Source: Methanotrichaceae archaeon (GTDB taxonomy: Archaea; Halobacteriota; Methanosarcinia; Methanotrichales; Methanotrichaceae). From it: 64,000 bases of DNA. The notes beneath the pieces are model-generated. The model worked only from the letters and a program-made list of their open reading frames with translations, searched no databases and had not been told where the DNA came from. The stretch spans positions 64,001-128,000 of the forward strand of contig CAWDLW010000027.1 of assembly GCA_963803145.1 (NCBI GenBank). Direction: 5' to 3'. Positions 60,123 through 64,000 of this stretch are shown piece after piece (position 1 is the first letter of the stretch; every line of letters starts with the position of its first letter). Made by a program: the position numbers and the translations under genes.

Positions 60123-60743
60123 TTAGCTTCCGACAACAGACATTATCCAGTTTACAGGCGCTGTCTTGGTCGCGCTTACCGGTAGACTGGCCGGGCCTAA
60201 TGTTACTTCTGCCTCATTGAAGATAAAGGAGCTATTGGTCGATTTATTCTGTAATTCAGAGCCCACTGCGACGGCTCCTCTATCGAAGAAGCAGATGTAA
60301 AACTCACCGCTTACTGGCACAGATGGCAGCTCAATACTGAGCAGCGTCGGCACAGTGAGGTTGAGCAGGAAGTTTGTATAAGGTATCTGAGTATCTGCGA
60401 ACCTATAAAGCAGATTAAACTTACTATCTCGTACTTCAAGGGCAATTATCCTTTGCGTTGGTATAGAGCTAGCTGTACCATTGAACCCATCATAGCCCAA
60501 AATATTCACTCTAGTCAATTTGTAGCCAGACTTTGGTGCTGTGAACTTGGTTACTTCAGCTGTAGCAAGTCCGGGTACACCTATATACCTAACTAAAGTT
60601 GTGTAATTGATCTGGTTTTCCAAGACCATTTGAGTAAGATTTCCTTCATATGACTTTAATACCTGAGCTTCGACGGCGGGAGATATGCTGATCAAAGATA
60701 ACATTGCAAGACATAATATAGCTATTAAGATCATTTTTTTCAT
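60123..60743 (-). CDS. Secreted hypothetical protein, paralog of the previous gene
   Basis: MKKMILI signal; FTAP..GY.L, EVRD...LLY.FADTQIPY, PVNWIM. Confidence 0.75.
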   Translation of the reverse strand: MKKMILIAILCLAMLSLISISPAVEAQVLKSYEGNLTQMVLENQINYTTLVRYIGVPGLATAEVTKFTAPKSGYKLTRVNILGYDGFNGTASSIPTQRIIALEVRDSKFNLLYRFADTQIPYTNFLLNLTVPTLLSIELPSVPVSGEFYICFFDRGAVAVGSELQNKSTNSSFIFNEAEVTLGPASLPVSATKTAPVNWIMSVVGS

Positions 60744-61033
60744 ATGATCACCCCAGCAAGGGATTATTTGCCAACCCATATATAGATAATGGCGCAATGT
60801 TTATTTAGCGGATTTATCCTGACTAAAATAGAATCTTAGATATAGCTTAGCAGCAACTCTATTGGTATTTATTAAAGGTAAAATTAGTAAGATATTTTCC
60901 ATAGCGAATGCGCGACCAAAAGATTATTTTAATTCGATATAAAATATTTTAGGGTGCTTGGCATAACTTTTTGTTCAATAGTAGCACTTCCTCATAAAAG
61001 ATAAGGTTTATTAACCTGTAGACCAAGCTTATC

Positions 61034-62002
61034 TTGGTCCAATTATATCCTTGTGGAGACCTGATGATACCCGAATGGATGAAGGATGTGGATAATGGCC
61101 CTTGCAGATGCAGCGCAGTATCGGGCGGCAAGAAGAGCTTTATTCAGAAGACGCTCGACGGCATATTCTCCTTTTTCCTGGAATCGTTTACGGCCTCAGG
61201 CTTCTCCCAAAGGGACGGGCTGCTTCAAGGCATTGATCCTAGGGTAAAGCTTGTCTCTATACTTGCTCTGGTCTTCGCATTAAGTTTGACCAGGGATATA
61301 AGAATATTAGTAATAGTATACTCTTCAGAGCTTGTGCTCTCTTTTGCAAGTAAAATAGAAATTGGGTTCTTCATTAAGCGCGTCTGGCTATTTATACCAC
61401 TTTTCACTGGTGTAATTGCAGTGCCCATGATCTTCAACGTATTCCTGCCGGGGGACCCACTTGTTATAATAACGTATCTCGGTACAGGCGCTCACCTTGG
61501 GCCTATAACGCTCCCTGAAAGCATTTACATAACAAGGCAAGGCACTCAAGCGGCAGCAATATTTATTATGCGTGTTGCCGCCTCAGTCTCGGCGGTGGTG
61601 CTGCTTTTCCTCACAACCAGGCAGCAGCTTCTCTTCAAATCATTGAGATCTGTGGGAGTTCCAAAGCTCTATGTCCTCACGCTTGAGATGGCCTATAGAT
61701 ACATCTTCCTGCTCATGGATCTTATAAGGGAGACCTATGTTGCAAAAAGGGCAAGGACGATAAAATCGAGGTCTATGTTTGAGGAGCAGAAATGGGTTGG
61801 AGGAAGAATTGGATATATTCTCATGAGATCTTTAAGCATAAGTGAAAATGTTCATTCAGCAATGCTTTCAAGAGGCTTCAGTGGGGATGCGAAGATGATA
61901 GAGGACTTTCACGTGAAAACAGGGGATTATATTGCAGGCATATCCACATTATTGCTGAGCTTACTACTGCTGCTGATATCTCAGAACGTAATTATGATAT
62001 GA
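61034..62002 (+). CDS. cbiQ: Co/Ni ECF transporter T component
   Basis: IDPRVKL, YRYIFLL, AMLSRGF; start probably near 61073. Confidence 0.9.
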   Translation: MVQLYPCGDLMIPEWMKDVDNGPCRCSAVSGGKKSFIQKTLDGIFSFFLESFTASGFSQRDGLLQGIDPRVKLVSILALVFALSLTRDIRILVIVYSSELVLSFASKIEIGFFIKRVWLFIPLFTGVIAVPMIFNVFLPGDPLVIITYLGTGAHLGPITLPESIYITRQGTQAAAIFIMRVAASVSAVVLLFLTTRQQLLFKSLRSVGVPKLYVLTLEMAYRYIFLLMDLIRETYVAKRARTIKSRSMFEEQKWVGGRIGYILMRSLSISENVHSAMLSRGFSGDAKMIEDFHVKTGDYIAGISTLLLSLLLLLISQNVIMI

Positions 62003-62009
62003 TCAGGAC

Positions 62010-62873
62010 GTGATTATGATACAATCAGAACGAGATGACATGGACGACGCCATTTTTGATCTGAGAAATGTTTCCTACTCATATCTTGGGAAGATCGATG
62101 CACTGAAGGATATCTCCTTAGAGATACGCCAGGGTGAGCAGGTTTGCATCATGGGGGCTAATGGCAGCGGCAAGTCAACCCTTCTATGGATACTTGATGG
62201 CCTCGTCTTTCCTACGTCCGGCGAATACCGAGCTTTTGGAGTCCCAATAACTGAGAGTATCTTCGATTCCATAGAGGATAATGAGTTCAGGCATTATTTC
62301 AGGAAAAAGGTGGGCTTCGTCTTCCAGAACTCCGATGTGCAGCTATTCTCTCCCACAGTCTTCGAGGAGATAGCCTTTGGACCGCTACAGCTCGATCTCT
62401 CAAAAGAGGAGGTAAGGTCTAGAGTCGAGGCGATCATGGGGATGATGGATATTGTCCGCCTTAGAGACCGTGCGCCCCATACGCTGAGCGGCGGAGAGAA
62501 GAAGAAAGTCTGCATAGCCTCTGTGCTTGCAACAAATCCCGACGTTCTTCTTCTAGATGAGCCAACTGCTGGCCTCGACCCAAGAACAGAGCTCTGGCTA
62601 ATTGAGCTACTCCAGGAGCTCGGAAAATCTGGAAAGACTATCATAACTGCAACACATGACTTGGATATCATAGAGCAGATCAGCAGCAGGGCTGTAGTCA
62701 TGGGAGAAGATCATAGGATCAAGGTAGATAGAGAGACTCAGTCCGTCCTCAACGATCTTGAGCTTCTGCTTGCAGCAAACCTGATCCATAAGCACATGCA
62801 TCGACACGGCGCGATAGTTCATCAGCATCTTCATTCACACGAGATGGAGCACAGTCATGAGCATATGGCATAA
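62010..62873 (+). CDS. cbiO: Co/Ni ECF transporter ATPase with a His-rich tail
   Basis: GANGSGKST, VFQNSDVQLF, LSGGEKK, LDEPT, HKHMHRH...HSHEH. Confidence 0.9.
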   Translation: MIMIQSERDDMDDAIFDLRNVSYSYLGKIDALKDISLEIRQGEQVCIMGANGSGKSTLLWILDGLVFPTSGEYRAFGVPITESIFDSIEDNEFRHYFRKKVGFVFQNSDVQLFSPTVFEEIAFGPLQLDLSKEEVRSRVEAIMGMMDIVRLRDRAPHTLSGGEKKKVCIASVLATNPDVLLLDEPTAGLDPRTELWLIELLQELGKSGKTIITATHDLDIIEQISSRAVVMGEDHRIKVDRETQSVLNDLELLLAANLIHKHMHRHGAIVHQHLHSHEMEHSHEHMA

Positions 62874-62972
62874 AACTGATACTATGGGTATCAATTAGGT
62901 CGTACAAAATCTACAAGACGAAAAGTTTTTTATTTCTCGTAAGCCAAGTCGCAGGGAAAGGAGGTATCCGGC

Positions 62973-63641
62973 ATAAAATCCCCCGCGTTTTTAACGATAG
63001 CTTCCGCGCTATTGTTATTGGCTACCAGCGTATCGGCATCAGGGAATAAACCAGCAGTCACGGCTGAGCAGGCAGTTCAGAAGCTCATGGAAGGCAATGC
63101 TCGATTTGTTTCAGGAACGGCAACACACCCAGATCAATCTGCAGAGCGCAGGGCTGAGGTCGTTTCTTCACAGCATCCATTTGCAGTCATCTTGAGCTGC
63201 TCTGATTCTCGAATTCCGCCTGAGGTTGTCTTCGACCAGGGGCTAGGAGATATATTCGTGGTCAGAACGGCAGGGCAGGTCATAGACAATGTCGCTTTAG
63301 GCAGCATTGAGTATGCAGTTGAGCACTTGAGCGTACCACTTATCGTAGTTCTGGGCCATGATTCTTGCGGCGCTGTCAATGCTACAGTTGCTGGAGGAAA
63401 GCCAGAAGGCCATATAGGAAGTCTGGTTGAGGCCATTAGGCCTGCCGTTGATGAGGCCAGGAATAAAATCAAATCTCAGGACCAGCTCCTAAATGTATCC
63501 ATCGATAACAACACAAGAAACATAGTCAAATCGATCAACTCATCGAAGCCGATCCTCTCAGAGTATATCAAAAACGGCAAACTGAAGGTCATCGGGGCGC
63601 GCTATCATTTGGATAGCGGCAAAGTCGAGCTGATAACGTAG
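62973..63641 (+). CDS. Secreted beta-class carbonic anhydrase
   Basis: GNARF, CSDSR, RTAG, GHDSCGA. The signal peptide is complete only from ATA 62973 (track start TTG 63012). Confidence 0.9.
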   Translation: MKSPAFLTIASALLLLATSVSASGNKPAVTAEQAVQKLMEGNARFVSGTATHPDQSAERRAEVVSSQHPFAVILSCSDSRIPPEVVFDQGLGDIFVVRTAGQVIDNVALGSIEYAVEHLSVPLIVVLGHDSCGAVNATVAGGKPEGHIGSLVEAIRPAVDEARNKIKSQDQLLNVSIDNNTRNIVKSINSSKPILSEYIKNGKLKVIGARYHLDSGKVELIT

Positions 63642-63899
63642 GCATTTACTGAGCCCTGAAGGCCAACAGGCGCTCAGGCCTTTCATTTTTGCAGCATTAT
63701 AGATATAACCCGCGTATAGGGCGATATCCACCCCTATCTTTTTACCATATGGTTAATCAATGAAGATACAGAGCCGATTTGAAGATATTCAGATCACCAA
63801 CTCTTAAATAATTCCAGAGCCCTTTTATCCAGGAGGAAAGGTCCAAGGCTCGCTGCCAAATACCAAGAGCGCTTGGATATTCCGCCATGGAGTCACCTA

Positions 63900-64000
63900 A
63901 TGATCTATGAGATAGTGATCATACTGCTGCTGGTTCTGATCAACGGCATATTTGTCATGTCCGAGATCTCAATCGTTTCGGCTCGTAAGTTGAGGCTCCG
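63900..64000 (+). CDS. Hemolysin-family/CNNM (DUF21) membrane protein, 5' fragment
   Basis: MIYEIVIILLLVLINGIFVMSEISIVSARKLRL runs off the window end. Confidence 0.8.
   Translation, partial: MIYEIVIILLLVLINGIFVMSEISIVSARKLRL

Noticed and set aside
60800-61070. NikR operator or cobalamin riboswitch upstream of cbiQO
   Set aside because: No convincing palindrome or riboswitch core seen. The missing cbiM/nikM may simply be encoded elsewhere.
1-64000. tRNA, rRNA, integrase or viral hallmark genes
   Set aside because: None recognised by eye; a covariance-model scan would be needed to exclude small RNAs.

Overview
Archaeal chromosomal window, probably from a Methanothrix/Methanotrichaceae-like methanogen. 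This is inferred from PAN, aMBF1, AMP phosphorylase, PAC2, Cache, HAE3/COG1361 and HisKA_2 genes, not from a search. About 1-45.5 kb is accessory-rich. It holds six IS elements (two near-identical IS630 copies, a second IS630, IS701-like, IS1634, IS66-like, all with readable IRs and target duplications), a 196-bp MITE, several pseudogenes and many secreted repeat proteins. About 46-64 kb is mostly housekeeping. The best candidate for an undescribed system is a tandem array of at least three paralogous acidic Asn/Gln/Cys-rich proteins at 1-3290; the two complete genes encode signal peptides. They are built from a 35-aa curli/Fap-like repeat, and their mature N- and C-termini join in exact repeat register, suggesting an archaeal disulfide-reinforced beta-solenoid (amyloid-type) fibre. 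Other highlights are a secreted protein with Cys every sixth residue (C-x-T-G-S-G), a secreted collagen ending in CxC, a PAP2 phosphatase/polyprenol kinase fusion, an IS end that re-supplies a start codon to the permease it interrupts, and three probable ATT/ATA start codons. All family assignments are by motif recognition only.
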